A stretch of DNA of 64,000 nucleotides from positions 1-64,000 of the forward strand of contig JYFJ02001330.1 of the NCBI GenBank assembly GCA_000934665.2. The letters run 5' to 3'. Under the pieces are notes generated by a model. The model ran no database searches. It worked only from the letters and a program-made list of their open reading frames with translations, and was not told the DNA's origin. Origin of the DNA: Catajapyx aquilonaris. Taxonomy: Eukaryota. This document shows positions 1 to 11,813 of this stretch, one piece after another. Position 1 is the first letter of the stretch, and each line of letters opens with the position of its first letter. The position numbers and the translations under genes are program-made.

Positions 1-1394
1 ACACTCGCCCGTCGCCAAAAAAAAGCTGGGAAAAATCTCCATGAGGTACAGCTACACCATGAATGTTGCTAAAAGCTATTTATATTTAACCACATGAGTG
101 AAATGTGGAGATTTAACATGATCTTATTGGCTCTAGAATCACACTGGACGTATCAATAATTTATTGCAAGGTAACCATATTGGTAGACTTACTTCCATAA
201 ATGATAACACCATTTTTCCAAGAATGTCGTACATACGTAATTATACTACAGTAAATACCGGCATTCATTTTAATACCTTTCAGACGCAACCTGACCTGGC
301 AGTGAACTCTCCTGGCAAATGGATTCTTGTTCTCTCTCATTCCCACTTCACTATATTCGAATGTAATAAGTATAATTTTTCTGATTATCAAGAGTAACAC
401 CAATAAAAAACCAATTATTGAACACAATACATTGTAATTTAATTAATTACAGGATAGTCTCCTTCCTTTCTTGGCGTTTGCATTTGCAGCATCCCGCTTC
501 ACCATTCAGAATAATATGATATTGATGTGCTTAGAACAGTGGGTATAAGAAGAGTAAAGGTTTTGATGGTTACCATAAAATAAAACCATCTGTACTCAAT
601 CATACAACTCTTACATGAGTCATTTTCAAAATTCAATAATTCTCACTACATGATAATTCATATATTATTGTGTTACCATTGTATACTTTGCAATTGCTAT
701 TATTACATACGTACAGTACATACTGCATAAAGCAAGCATGTAATGTACACAGAGAATATCAGAAACAATAGGCTATTATTTGACATTAATATTCTTAAAA
801 TGAATTTGATATAATTATGTGATCAATCCTCATAATACTGTAGTTTATATTATGCTGCACTGTCTGTACGCATAATGGATTTCCGTATTTTCCATTCTGT
901 GCGATTTCCATGGTGTTTCCTGGGATCCTGCATAGTGAAGCACGGCATACTCACAGCCATTTTCTTTTTGTGATAACCCTTATCACGCAGCATTTATCAT
1001 TGTCTCTTCTGGGATAATTGGTTATCACAGCAGCATGCTTGATTTTTCTATTCACAGTGCAGATTGGCATAGGTTTATTCGGGATTTCTTGTTGCAGCAT
1101 ATGCAGCAGGCCTATATATCAGATCATTTTCATACATTATATTGTGTATTAATAGTAGCCTGCATTATAAATGTTACATTTACTTGCTCAGACAATATTT
1201 TAAAATGGTCTTGACATGATTGATATATGCAATCATTCGGTCTGCTGGCGTCGTGCTTTTCAGGTATTTTGTTTACCTTTGTCGAGATTTTCGGATGACT
1301 TAACGCCACAAGTGCTGTTTCTGCCTGGCTCGGAATGTTGGCCAATCATCTGACCTCTAAAATGAATTGTTGGGTGGCAAGTAAAGTGACCGAC

Positions 1395-1401
1395 TATAAA
1401 A
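1395..1401 (+). promoter_or_regulatory. TATA box of Gly/Tyr-rich gene A
   Basis: cgacTATAAAAgg about 90 bp upstream of ATG 1486; the same context (cgacTATAAAAgg) precedes inverted paralog C. Confidence 0.7.
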
Positions 1402-1485
1402 GGCTTCGTCGCCTTGCACACTGCAGTCCATCACTTCCAGCTCAACTCTCAGCACAGAGGAACTGAAAGGTTCTCACACCTCACA

Positions 1486-1990
1486 ATGGCAGTCAAGGTA
1501 TGGCACATAAATCGCAAAATATTTCTGCGTTTGTAATAGTCTTATATTGCATTCGTGATCGTAATATCTTGTCGTTTGGAAGGTTCTGGTTGTAGTGGCA
1601 GCCATGTTGTGCTGTGCACATGCCATAGGAACCCAGACCAAGTACGGGTACGCCATAGTAGGCCCGTACGGAGCTTCCCAGGTGGAGTCTTCTGCAGATG
1701 ACCATGCCTACGGGTACCAGGTCAACAACAAGCACAAGACGGGGGTCAGCTACATCAAGCAGAGTGGACCCAACCATCATGGCTACGGATATGGCGGGTA
1801 TGGGTTGGGGCTGTACGGAGGGGGTGCTGGGTACGGTCTTGGAGGGTACGGAGGGGGTGCTGGGTACGGACTTGGGGGGTACGGCGGGTACGGTCTTGAT
1901 GGGTACGGTGGTTACGGTCTGGGGTATGGAGGCCTCGGATTGGGTGGTCTTGCTGGAGGATACGGTCTGGGATATGGAGGACTCTACTGA
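1486..1990 (+). CDS. Secreted Gly/Tyr-rich cuticular-type protein A, join(1486..1497,1583..1990), 139 aa
   Basis: MAVK|gtatgg...aag|VLVVVAAMLCCAHA signal peptide; conserved core IGTQTKYGYAIVGPYGASQVESSADDHAYGYQVNN; GGYGLG-repeat tail. Confidence 0.85.
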
Positions 1991-3499
1991 ATAATATTAA
2001 CACAGTGGAATAATGATTCAACAATGTAATTACATCGGGTCCATAACTTATATAGACTTGCCAGTGTGGTGGATTGTAATAATATTTTGAAAAAAGTTTT
2101 GTACTTGTAATTATTATTGTTGTTCTTGTTCCTGGCAGCTACAGGAGAACAATACATGTCATGCTGTATGTGGTGTAAAATAAAGTGAATGTTGCATATT
2201 AGTAACTTGCCCTTCTTTTCATTATTATGAAACCAAACATGAAACAAACATTTTAGGTCTATACATAAGTTACTTCGATAAGTAGTCTACACGTGCAGGT
2301 GACATTGCCTGTTCCGCAGTGCAAAGTTGAAGGATATACTATAAACCTCCAGTATGTGACAACCAAATAAAGTATGGCGGTCAATAATTGCACAAGGTTA
2401 TCGTTAGGAGACATTTTATGTAATGATTTGCCAGGGGTATTTTCTGCTCGTCAGGGCAAGTCAGGATAAAGAGGACAAGTGTTTGGGCTATATCTCTTCG
2501 GAGTCACTCAAGTGGAATCAAGTTAACACTGAAGCTCTGACGTAAATCAGATGATAGCTGACACTTTTGGAGGTAATTAGACTTTAGAGAATGGTATCGC
2601 AAAATAAGCACTTTAGGGGAGGCGTCGGGCGATGTTGATTGAATTAGCAAGTTATGAGTTCGCGGTCTATATACCGATAGAGTTTGTTTGTCACTTGTTC
2701 TTTTATGATGAACATTGCAGGTGTACGGATCATAAAGTATTATATTATCATAATTTAATTGATTTTTTTGCTTTGAAAAACCTTTAAAGAACATGCAAAA
2801 CAGTTAAAATAACTTTCTGCCACCTGATTGTGAATCTCTTCCTGATGTGTCATTAATTTTGATCAGTTTACAGAAAAACAATGTTCCTGTTGAATGCCCT
2901 TCTGGTCATTGCGGGGTCATTGGTTATTCTTATTCCCAAGGCTGACCTTTATAGTGTATAACTTCACGTGATGCTAAATTTCTCGTTAAACATTCTACCA
3001 CAACTTATAAGCAATAAAAATGTCCTTAGGGTTAAGACGACTTTGTGTCTCATGATTATGAAATTTGAAGTAAGACAACAAGTTTATAATCTATCTAACG
3101 AAGTTGTCTATATCAATCCCTGCTATTGGGCTCCGGCCATAATATTATTCCACAAGGACCTACAATACTAATTGCGTAAAATGAAGTTATCAAAACAGGA
3201 AATAATCTGCGGGGAAATTCTACACCGGAAAAAAGAAAAGTAATCAGCACCAGCCTAATCTGGACACTTGACCACACTTGACATTATGTGCATTGCAAAA
3301 GACGCACGTTCAGTTATCGGTTGATGGTCAGATGACCCTCCTCGAGGTCTTTGGAAATCCGTAGGTATATAATCCCCTGGCCTGTGTCGAACCCACATCA
3401 GAGCTGCACTCATCCAGAGCCATACAGCAACATTACCCATCAGCACATCCACCTCTCTCTCTCTTTCTGCCTCGACAGCCCCATCAGTTGTACGTAAGC

Positions 3500-3784
3500 A
3501 TGAATCGCCACCTGATGTCCCTCCTGGTCCTGTCCTGCCTGGTGTCCGTGGCCCTGTCCACCGACTGCGGAGGGGGCATGTCCTGCCCAGGGAGCGACAC
3601 CTGCTGCCCCACCGCCGGGGGCATCGGGTGCTGCCCACAGCCAAACGCAGTCTGCTGCTCAGATGGGGTCCACTGCTGTCCCCACGGGTACTACTGCAAC
3701 TACTCCGCTGGGGGATGCAGCCAGGCCAACGGAGAAGCCTGGTCCAAGGGAGGACTCATGGACTGGATGGTGGTCAAGAAGTAA
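3500..3784 (+). CDS. Secreted single-domain granulin-like protein, 94 aa
   Basis: Signal peptide [20 protein letters not shown], then the 12-Cys granulin pattern C-C-CC-CC-CC-CC-C-C with CCxDxxHCCP; TATATAA near 3366; probable 3'UTR intron (gtaagt 3801 to tttcag about 4107). Confidence 0.9.
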   Translation: MNRHLMSLLVLSCLVSVALSTDCGGGMSCPGSDTCCPTAGGIGCCPQPNAVCCSDGVHCCPHGYYCNYSAGGCSQANGEAWSKGGLMDWMVVKK

Positions 3785-4755
3785 TGAGCCTTACACTCTG
3801 GTAAGTAGGTATTAGCTAAAGTCAAAAGTCGAAGAGGTCAACTCGTTCGATTTTTAAACCGGTCTGAAGCTAAGTCCTTTATTATAGGACCCAAAATTGA
3901 TACCAGCAGTTCATAAATTCTGGAAAATAGCAATATTTAGATGAGCCTTATTATATGCATGCCCATGTTTTGTGATGTGGTATTCCGTCATGCGTATGGC
4001 AAGGACTGAATTTGTTTCGACCTCAAGTTCTAGACAGTAATACTAATAGCATAAAGTTTTAGAGATTCATTTTTGGATAGAGTTATTCACGTTAATATCG
4101 TTTCAGATGACCTTCGGCCCTGTTATGGAACACTGCTACGCCCATGGATTCGTGATGATGTACTGCAGACATCAAAAATGGTTCCTTCAAATTATGACAG
4201 TCCTTGAAGATCTTGTTGCAACTATGATTTTAAATTACTACAGTGTTATGCTATTGTTGATTCAATTGTGATTATAGCTTGTGCGCTATTCTTCATGATT
4301 TCTGTTACACTCACAGAGATATAACTGTTTCTGTAATTTATTTACATAAATATAACTCTATTGTGATTATACATTTTGCATGTATATTATTCAGGGAAAT
4401 ATAACTACCTCTGTCCATATAGATAATGTTTAATAATATCAGTCACTGAGTTGATCTCAAATGTATAGTCCTACAAGAACAGTAGGCTATAATTTAGACA
4501 TATCCTTCGGGTCAGAGGTCAGTAGGTAAGTTACATACTATACAAAGAAGGGTGAATAGCTAATATGCAACATTCACTTTATTTTGCACAATACTTCAGG
4601 ACATATTTTGTTCTCCCGTAGCTTCCAGAAACAATTACAAGTCCACATATTACAGTAGTTCAAAATAATTACGATCCACCACACTAGCAGGTCTCGATAT
4701 TGACACGATGTAGGCTAATTACATTGTTCCATCATTATTCCACAGCGTTAATTAC

Positions 4756-5204
4756 TCAGTAGAGTCCTCCATATCCCAGACCGTATCCTGCAAGACCACC
4801 CAATCCGAGGCCTCCATACCCCAGGCCGTAACCGCCGTACCCCCCAAGTCCGTACCCAGCACCCCCTCCGTACAGCCCCAACCCATACCCGCCATATCCG
4901 TAGCCATGATGGTTGGGTCCACTCTGCTTGATGTAGCTGACCCCCGTCTTGTGCTTGTTGTTGACCTGGTACCCGTAGGCATGGTCATCTGCAGAAGACT
5001 CCACCTGGGAAGCTCCGTACGGGCCTGCTATGGCGTACCCGTACTTGGTCTGGGTGCCTATGGCATGTGCACAGCACAACACGGCTCCAATAATGATCAA
5101 CAGCTTGGAAACAGAAGTACACATGAGTTAAAAATACTCTTTTGCAAAATGTAAAGTGAAAAAAGCAAGTTGAAGTATTCCACCCTCTCTACCTTGACTG
5201 CCAT
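4756..5204 (-). CDS. Secreted Gly/Tyr-rich cuticular-type protein C, complement(join(4756..5103,5193..5204)), 119 aa
   Basis: MAVK|gtagag...ccaag|LLIIIGAVLCCAHA; core nearly identical to gene A; TATAAAA on the minus strand at 5281..5275. Confidence 0.88.
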
Positions 5205-5635
5205 TTGGGACTGTAAAGACTGCTGCTCAGAAGGCTGAAGTGGAAGTGATAATAGTTCGCTGATCAACGAGACCTTTTATAGTCGTATAATAGACTATTT
5301 CTATTCATTTCAAGATCACGTGAATGACCAAGAATTCCGTGCGAAATCATGCGAAATGTCATATTCTATAGCATTGTACAATGTAATACTCATTAGTATC
5401 AGTATTTACCAATATGGGTGCTCTTGTTGTTCACTCGTCGTGCCATATGCCCGTACCCTTGACTTCATTTTCACACCAAGTAAATCTTTTCCAGCCTGCC
5501 TCAATGTTGTGCAACTAATGACCTGGAAATACAAAAGATTCGACTCAGTATAAAAAGACAGCCGCGGAACACAATCTATCATTCCGAACACAAGTTCCAT
5601 CCACCATCAAACAACTTCTAAAACCACAGCTAAAA

Positions 5636-6033
5636 ATGGAAACCAAGGTAAGGCATATCTATGCTACTATTTTCCAATTTATTTTCTGTTTGTTTGTTTG
5701 TTTGTTTGTTTGTTTGTTTGTGGATAATAATGGCATTGGTTCCAGGTTGTGTTGGCTCTGATATTTGCTACCGTGGCCTGCGTCCAAGCAATTGGGACGC
5801 AGAGCCAGTATGGGTACCAAATTATTGGTCCGTATGGCGCGGCGCAAGTGCATGCTGCAGCAGATGAACATGCCTATGGGTACCAGGTCAACAATCAGCA
5901 TAAGACAGGGGTCAGCTACATCAAGCAGAGTGGACCCAACTATCATGGCATTGGATATGGGTTGGGCGGATATGGACTGGGCTACGGCCTTGGCTTGGGT
6001 GGCGTAGGGCTCTATGGGGGCGGAATCTATTAG
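5636..6033 (+). CDS. Secreted Gly/Tyr-rich cuticular-type protein D, join(5636..5647,5746..6033), 99 aa
   Basis: METK|gtaagg...ccag|VVLALIFATVACVQA; paralogous core IGTQSQYGYQIIGPYGAAQVHAAADEHAYGYQVNN; TATAAAA 5549..5555; AATAAA about 6129. Confidence 0.88.
5687..5720. repeat. (TGTT)n microsatellite in intron of gene D
   Basis: About 8 perfect TGTT units. Confidence 0.9.
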
Positions 6034-6646
6034 AGTCTATTTCTATTTACCACTCTTGTACAGCAAGTAAATAATGTCGAGGGATTATTATCGAGGGATA
6101 TGAATGTAATAGTGTAATCTATGATATCAATAAAGTGTTACTTCTGCTGCATTTAACGTCTATAACTATCAAACCTGTTGTTACTCTTCCTCATCATTAG
6201 GCCATTATTGTTACCATAGTTGACTCATGGTTGCGAAAATCAAACATTTGGTACAAAAAATTTATTGTGTATCACAATAGCATACATATAATTACAGTAC
6301 TCCAAGTTTTTAAAAACTACAAATGGTACAGTAATGCATGTAGCTGGCAAGTCCACATACTAATTACATTTAGTGTTTCATACCAAAGATTACAATATCA
6401 GACTTTAAATTTTCAGCAGTAATTAGTAATCAATTTTATTTCCAACAAATGAGCAAAATTACAGTTACAAAAGTGGTACCTACTGAGTGTTACATATTCA
6501 TAAAAATGATTCTGGGAAAAAGTTGGCCATGAAACCAGTAAAGGTCACTAATGGGTTCTATTTTGATCCAGGTGTGTTGGTACGCCCATCAACATATTAC
6601 GTAAGATGCGGAGCATCGGATGAGGGCCTTCGACGAGACATGAAGA

Positions 6647-7763
6647 TCAATTGGAATTAACCTTGACAGACACGTATCCGGTGGTGTCCTTATACGTATT
6701 TTGGCCTGGAAGGGCGTAGGCATAGGAGTAGGAGTACTTGGCCCCACCCGTGTCTTTTCGAGCCCATATGTCCACTGGGGGTACGACGTAAACAGCTGGC
6801 TCCTTATGGTGGACAGGTACAGGTACTGGTACGGGATGCAGGTACTTCCCGTGCCTGTTGCCCGTTCCTTTGTCTCTCGAATCGGATATGATCTTGAGGA
6901 TTCTGGCCAGCTCATCTGGAGTGACCGGGTTGGGGTAGTTGGGTGACCCTGCCCCATGACCCGCAGTGGCCGACACCTGAGGAGTGGTGATGGCCACAGC
7001 ACCCGGACCCACAATGGCCGTCACTGATGGGCTGGCCACGGCCGAATCACCCGGACCAAAGTGTCCTCTGCCTTGACCCCCATCTGCCAAGTACAGAACG
7101 GTCACCATGTTTACAGGCTACTGTTTACATTGGAGTTACCTGGATGGAAAACTGCAACGTCTGGTTCAGGAATGACCACTTCCTTCTCGGTGTAAAGCAC
7201 TTCGGTTTTTGGTCGGTAGCCGTTCTTGTCGGCGAAGTAGTGCACCTTGATGGGGACTCCGTCTGGTCTAATATGGAGGGTTTCGCCTTCGACCAGACCA
7301 TCTCTGGTGCGCAGCTCAGTGTGGTAACGTCTGTCTCCAATGTATGCAAATCTGCAGTAAAGGTCAGGTTAGGTTAGGTTAGGTTAGGTTAGGAAGTACA
7401 CATTAGCCGATGCATTGTATTAACGTAAATAGAGCCTACTTGTATGAACCGTCACGAAATAGTTCGCTATAATGATGGTCCGACACCGATGGGAGTGAAC
7501 GAGTCTTTCTTCTCGTCTTCTTCTTTTTCTTCTTAGCATCTTCAGCATCCCCAGTCACAATGAGTACCAACAGAAACAATGCTACCTGTAATAATCGGCA
7601 AAAGGCTGGGGTGATGCACTCTGGGGTCACGTATAAAACAGGTTTTACACCATATCACCTTCACTCAAACGGTTCCGTTATGTTTCTAAACGTGAATTCT
7701 GCCACATGTAAGATTGTTTGCCAAGACCATTTGCATATCTCTAAGACTTACCGCCCACCGCAT
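6647..7763 (-). CDS. R&R (Chitin_bind_4) cuticular protein E, complement(join(6647..7083,7140..7351,7440..7585,7752..7763)), 268 aa
   Basis: MRWA|VALFLLVLIVTG signal; DGSYKFAY...DGLVEGETLHIRPDGVPIKVHYFADKNGYRP fits the R&R consensus; all introns GT-AG and frame consistent. Confidence 0.8.
7367..7393. repeat. Interstitial (TTAGG)n
   Basis: About 5 TTAGG units inside intron 2 of gene E. Confidence 0.8.
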
Positions 7764-8593
7764 GCCTTTGTCGCTTCTTGGCGTTTCCGACGCTTGATCT
7801 TGAAACGACCACTGGCTAACTGGCTCTGCAAGGTCCACTCCAAATATCCCGAGTCTTCTTCATCCTGCCCTTGGCATCCAATCACGGTCGTTGTCCGCCC
7901 ATTTGCTTTTTTTTCCAAGCATTTCTGCCACTTTGGTGGGCAGGGGCCGTCACGTGTGCCCCCAATGTTTTCCTCATTTCCCACGCAATTAATTTCACTT
8001 TCAACAAAATATTATGATACATTAGTAAAACAGTTTTAATATGCAAATTTGAATTTTATAGCCACATTATATTGGTGTCTATAAAATATTGTGCTGTACT
8101 TATGTACTTATAGTATAAATGTTTTTAATTGTAAAATCCGATATGCAGTGTGTGTATGTGATGTAGGCTGCCCAGTACAAGCTTCTTGACTTTCAGTGCC
8201 CTCAAGTGTTGTTTGCAGAATGTTACACAGCCAGGAAGGTAGCACCCCCTTTCGCCAAGTGGCGAAACCTGTCAAACAAGATTTGCAAAACTAAGTTCAT
8301 AGAGCCAACACTAGGAGCAAAGTCACACCCAATGGATAAATAAGGCAATATCAATGGTCTCAATGTCATTTATTATCGCATGATGAATTGCACAGATTTC
8401 ATAAATGTATACAACAATAAACAAATCATTGTCAATAAGAAATGAATGCAGCACATTATCTTCCATTTTATTTAAAATATCAATCGCAAAAACATAATCA
8501 ATAATATTTTTTACAGCAGCATAACACAGTTATTACACAAGTAATTATTTGATAATTTGATTCACAAAGCATAATTTCGCAACCTGAGCGACT

Positions 8594-9514
8594 TTAATGA
8601 TGAACATACCCACCCTCTTTAACAGCATATGAGAAACCGCCTGCACCTCGAGTAACATGAGTAGCAGAGTACGACGCTGAGGGTAGAGCATGCACATGGG
8701 CAGTTGGAACGTGATGGTGCGAGGTATCAACATGGACAGCATGATCAGCACTTGAAACCACGGTTGCTGCACCATGACCTTCGTGCACTGAATACGCAAA
8801 GGTCTTGTGTGGAACAGTGACCGCGTGTGGAACGGCTACAACAGCGGGAACTATCTTCACTGGAGGCACGTTATGCACGGTATATCCATAACTGGTGCCA
8901 CTGTGGTGGTCAGCAGCAGCCACAGAAGTGGTTCCGAAACCACCAGCTTCATTCGTCGAATATGCAAATGACGAAGCTGGAACATGGGCATGAACCACAG
9001 GAGCAACCACTACAGCCGGGGCTACCACTTCAGGTGCCTTCACTTCAGTAACAACAGGTGCTGGAGCCACATCTACATGTGCAGGCTCTGCAGGAGCCAC
9101 AGGAGCTGGTGGAGGTGCAGGAGCTACAGGAGCCACAGTGTGTACTGCAGGTGCAACAGCGTAGTATGTGGGTACGTTGTGTACAGTATATCCATATCCG
9201 GTGTGGCTGAAGTGGTCTGAAGCTTCGACTGATGTGGTGGCTGCACCGTGACCTTCGCTGACAGAGTAAGCAAAAGATGACTTTGGTATCACAGTGTGCA
9301 CCACTGGAGCATGATACACCGCTTTGACCACATCGGTGTGCACCACTGGTGCTGAAGAGTAATGCACTGCACTGGTTGCCACAGGATAATGCGCCAGATG
9401 ATGCTGACCACCCATACAGGTGGATACCACCAGCGACAATACGACCTGCCAAATATCAAGCTGTTACTTATTGAAAAGAAAATTTGTCTGAGGACTTACC
9501 AGGGTCTTGTCCAT
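8594..9514 (-). CDS. Secreted His/Val/Ala/Pro-rich cuticular-type repeat protein F, complement(join(8594..9445,9500..9514)), 288 aa
   Basis: MDKTL|gtaagt...ggcag|VVLSLVVSTCMG signal; 2-3 internal repeats [ST]FAYS..E..G....ADH....YGYTVHNVP separated by APV(V) linkers; TATAAA minus strand about 9571..9566. Confidence 0.85.
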
Positions 9515-9999
9515 CTTGGAAGTTCAGCAAGCTACTGCAGCCAGAGATCCCCCAGTCGACCTTTATTTATACCTCAACAGCAGTGGTCCAAATACCGGAT
9601 TTTCATACCCGGTATTTCAATGTCGGGGACCTTGTTTGCGATGTGGACCCCTCTTCGACCCCTCCCTTCGGCCACACCCATCCCAAGGCCCTCAAAGTCC
9701 ATCCACTAACATTTCATGTGGCAGCTTCCCTTGAGGAACAGATATTTTCGAATTTGGATCATGATGACCTCCACCATCGAAACACTGTCCGAAGAGTTGA
9801 ATAATATCGCCATATAATATCTGCCCAACTTTTTTGCTTAATAAGGAAGTACACTATAAATGCAGAGGACACTGTTTTCACGCATGGGTATTTACGGAAA
9901 GGTCAACTTGTTGACATCAACATCTATGCCACTTACAGTGACCAATTTAGAGGTAGTGAAGATTTGTTACAACTTACAATGGTTGAAATAAACAGCCAC

Positions 10000-10072
10000 T
10001 TAGGTTGGTTAGGTTAGGTTAGGTTAGGTTAGGTTAGGTTAGGTTAGGTTAGGTTAGGTTAGGTTAGGTTAG
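10000..10072. repeat. Interstitial telomeric-type (TTAGG)n array
   Basis: About 13 near-perfect TTAGG units, the common arthropod telomere motif. Confidence 0.9.
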
Positions 10073-10428
10073 AGGTAACAAATTCGTAACTTTTAAGTCC
10101 AATATAGTAATTAATTAAAATCATTCTACTAAACGAACAACAGTTTCCTGAACTTATATGCCTTAATACGGACACTGCCTACAGGTATCCTTGAAGATTA
10201 AATCACTGCATAACTCGACACTTTTTTTTGTGTGTTTCAGAGATGCCAACTGCTATTGGCGTGCATTGCATTAGAATTTTCACAATTATAATACAAAATG
10301 CATTGCCTCGGAGGCAATACGTCCGGGAAAATCATGCCGAAAAAACAGGAGTCCAGACAACGTGGTTGGATTCATGGTCGATTCCTAATAGGCAATAGGA
10401 ACGAGAGCAAAAATTATTGGTAGCCCTG

Positions 10429-10458
10429 TGACGTCAGCTGTCAGAGAGGGGTATATAA
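10429..10458 (+). promoter_or_regulatory. CRE (TGACGTCA) plus TATA promoter of gene G
   Basis: TGACGTCA 10429..10436; TATATAA 10452..10458; ATG at 10547. Confidence 0.55.
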
Positions 10459-10546
10459 GGAAAAAGGTGGGGCAAATCTCCGACGGAGTTAGTTCGACCT
10501 TCACTCGTTTGAAATATTATAGACGGGTAACTTGTCCCTTCTGATC

Positions 10547-10991
10547 ATGAAATTGGTAAGTACACTGTTCGGTGTTTATGACACCCTCTACATTTGGATA
10601 TTTTTGTAGGCACTTCTCTTCTTGGTGGTGGTCGCAGCCGCTTGTGCTGTGTACGTGCCTATTCAGTACACTCATGTAAGTACAGTTGCTTTCAATGGTT
10701 GATACGAAGGTAACATTAACCACCTTGGTACAGGTCAGCCCTTTCTACCAGTACTTGCACCATACAGTACCAGTCCTGATTCCTCTGGCCACTAATGAAA
10801 CCAAGCCTGAGGAAACCGATAAGAAGAGCGATGATGACAAGGATGGTGAGAATACGGTGTTGACTCATGTGCCTCTGGCTTACTACCCAAGTTACTACGG
10901 ATACCCTCATTACCCTACTGTGTACTACACCTATCCATATCTGCTGGTGAAGCCTCAGAACGAAACCACAACTGATGAAAAGAAGGAGTAA
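10547..10991 (+). CDS. Secreted Tyr/Pro-rich protein G with acidic segment, join(10547..10555,10610..10675,10734..10991), 110 aa
   Basis: MKL|ALLFLVVVAAACA signal; canonical gtaagt/ag phase-0 introns; EETDKKSDDDKDGE acidic block and YYPSYYGYPHYPTVYYTYPY block; AATAAA about 11017. Confidence 0.82.
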
Positions 10992-11813
10992 TATGCCACA
11001 TATTTGACCAAAACGCAATAAAATCGGCGCTTTTTATGCCCATTTTCAAATTTGTTTCCGAAAATACAATAAACACGGCTTTGTACGATTGTTGAAGTTT
11101 TTATTTGCGAAATAGGATTTGGCGATAAAGACAGGTATGACCGAAGGTCAACAGGAGGAAGCCTTGGCCGAGGGGCGTCTTCCTTCTACACCAGTTCTTC
11201 CTTGGGAGGCATCCAAGACAGTCCCCACCCTGGTTTACGTCACTTTTTAAAATGGTCGTCAAAAATATCACGGAATAAATCACCCCTCGATGGTATTGTT
11301 TGTCCTCACTTCAAAATGTGATGTGCCACAAAAATATTGTGTTCTGCAATTTTTACAGGAAACAATACGCAATTGGTAATGACTCCATGGCATTGAAATG
11401 GTGCCAACACTCTTTCACCTTGAATTGGAAAGCCAAAAAAAAATCATTAATAATTTAGATGACTTTTAGAAGTCATAATTATTAACAATGTGCACTTTCC
11501 AACTCAGCAAGTTGGATCTTGAATAATTGTTTCCCATTGTTGTACCTGTAGAGAAAAGGGGACCAATAACAAAGTTTGATAATTAACTATGCATTTTATT
11601 CTTTATAAAATCGTTGGTACATAACGGCCGGTCTGCCAAAGTATTATAAACGGTATGTATGTACATATGTGCCCATCACCATATCGGTGCAGCCCATATT
11701 TTTTTATTAATTTTATGTCATGCTGCTACCATGCAAGAGGCGTGATTTATGTATACTTGACATATGCGTGGGGAAAGCATACTAAAGAGATCCATCGAGC
11801 ATACATGTCCGCC

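Noticed and set aside
1493..2024. Antisense and alternative-frame ORFs over gene A (and likewise 4752..5154 over gene C)
   Set aside because: Shadow ORFs of GC-rich repetitive coding sequence; their duplication simply mirrors the real genes.
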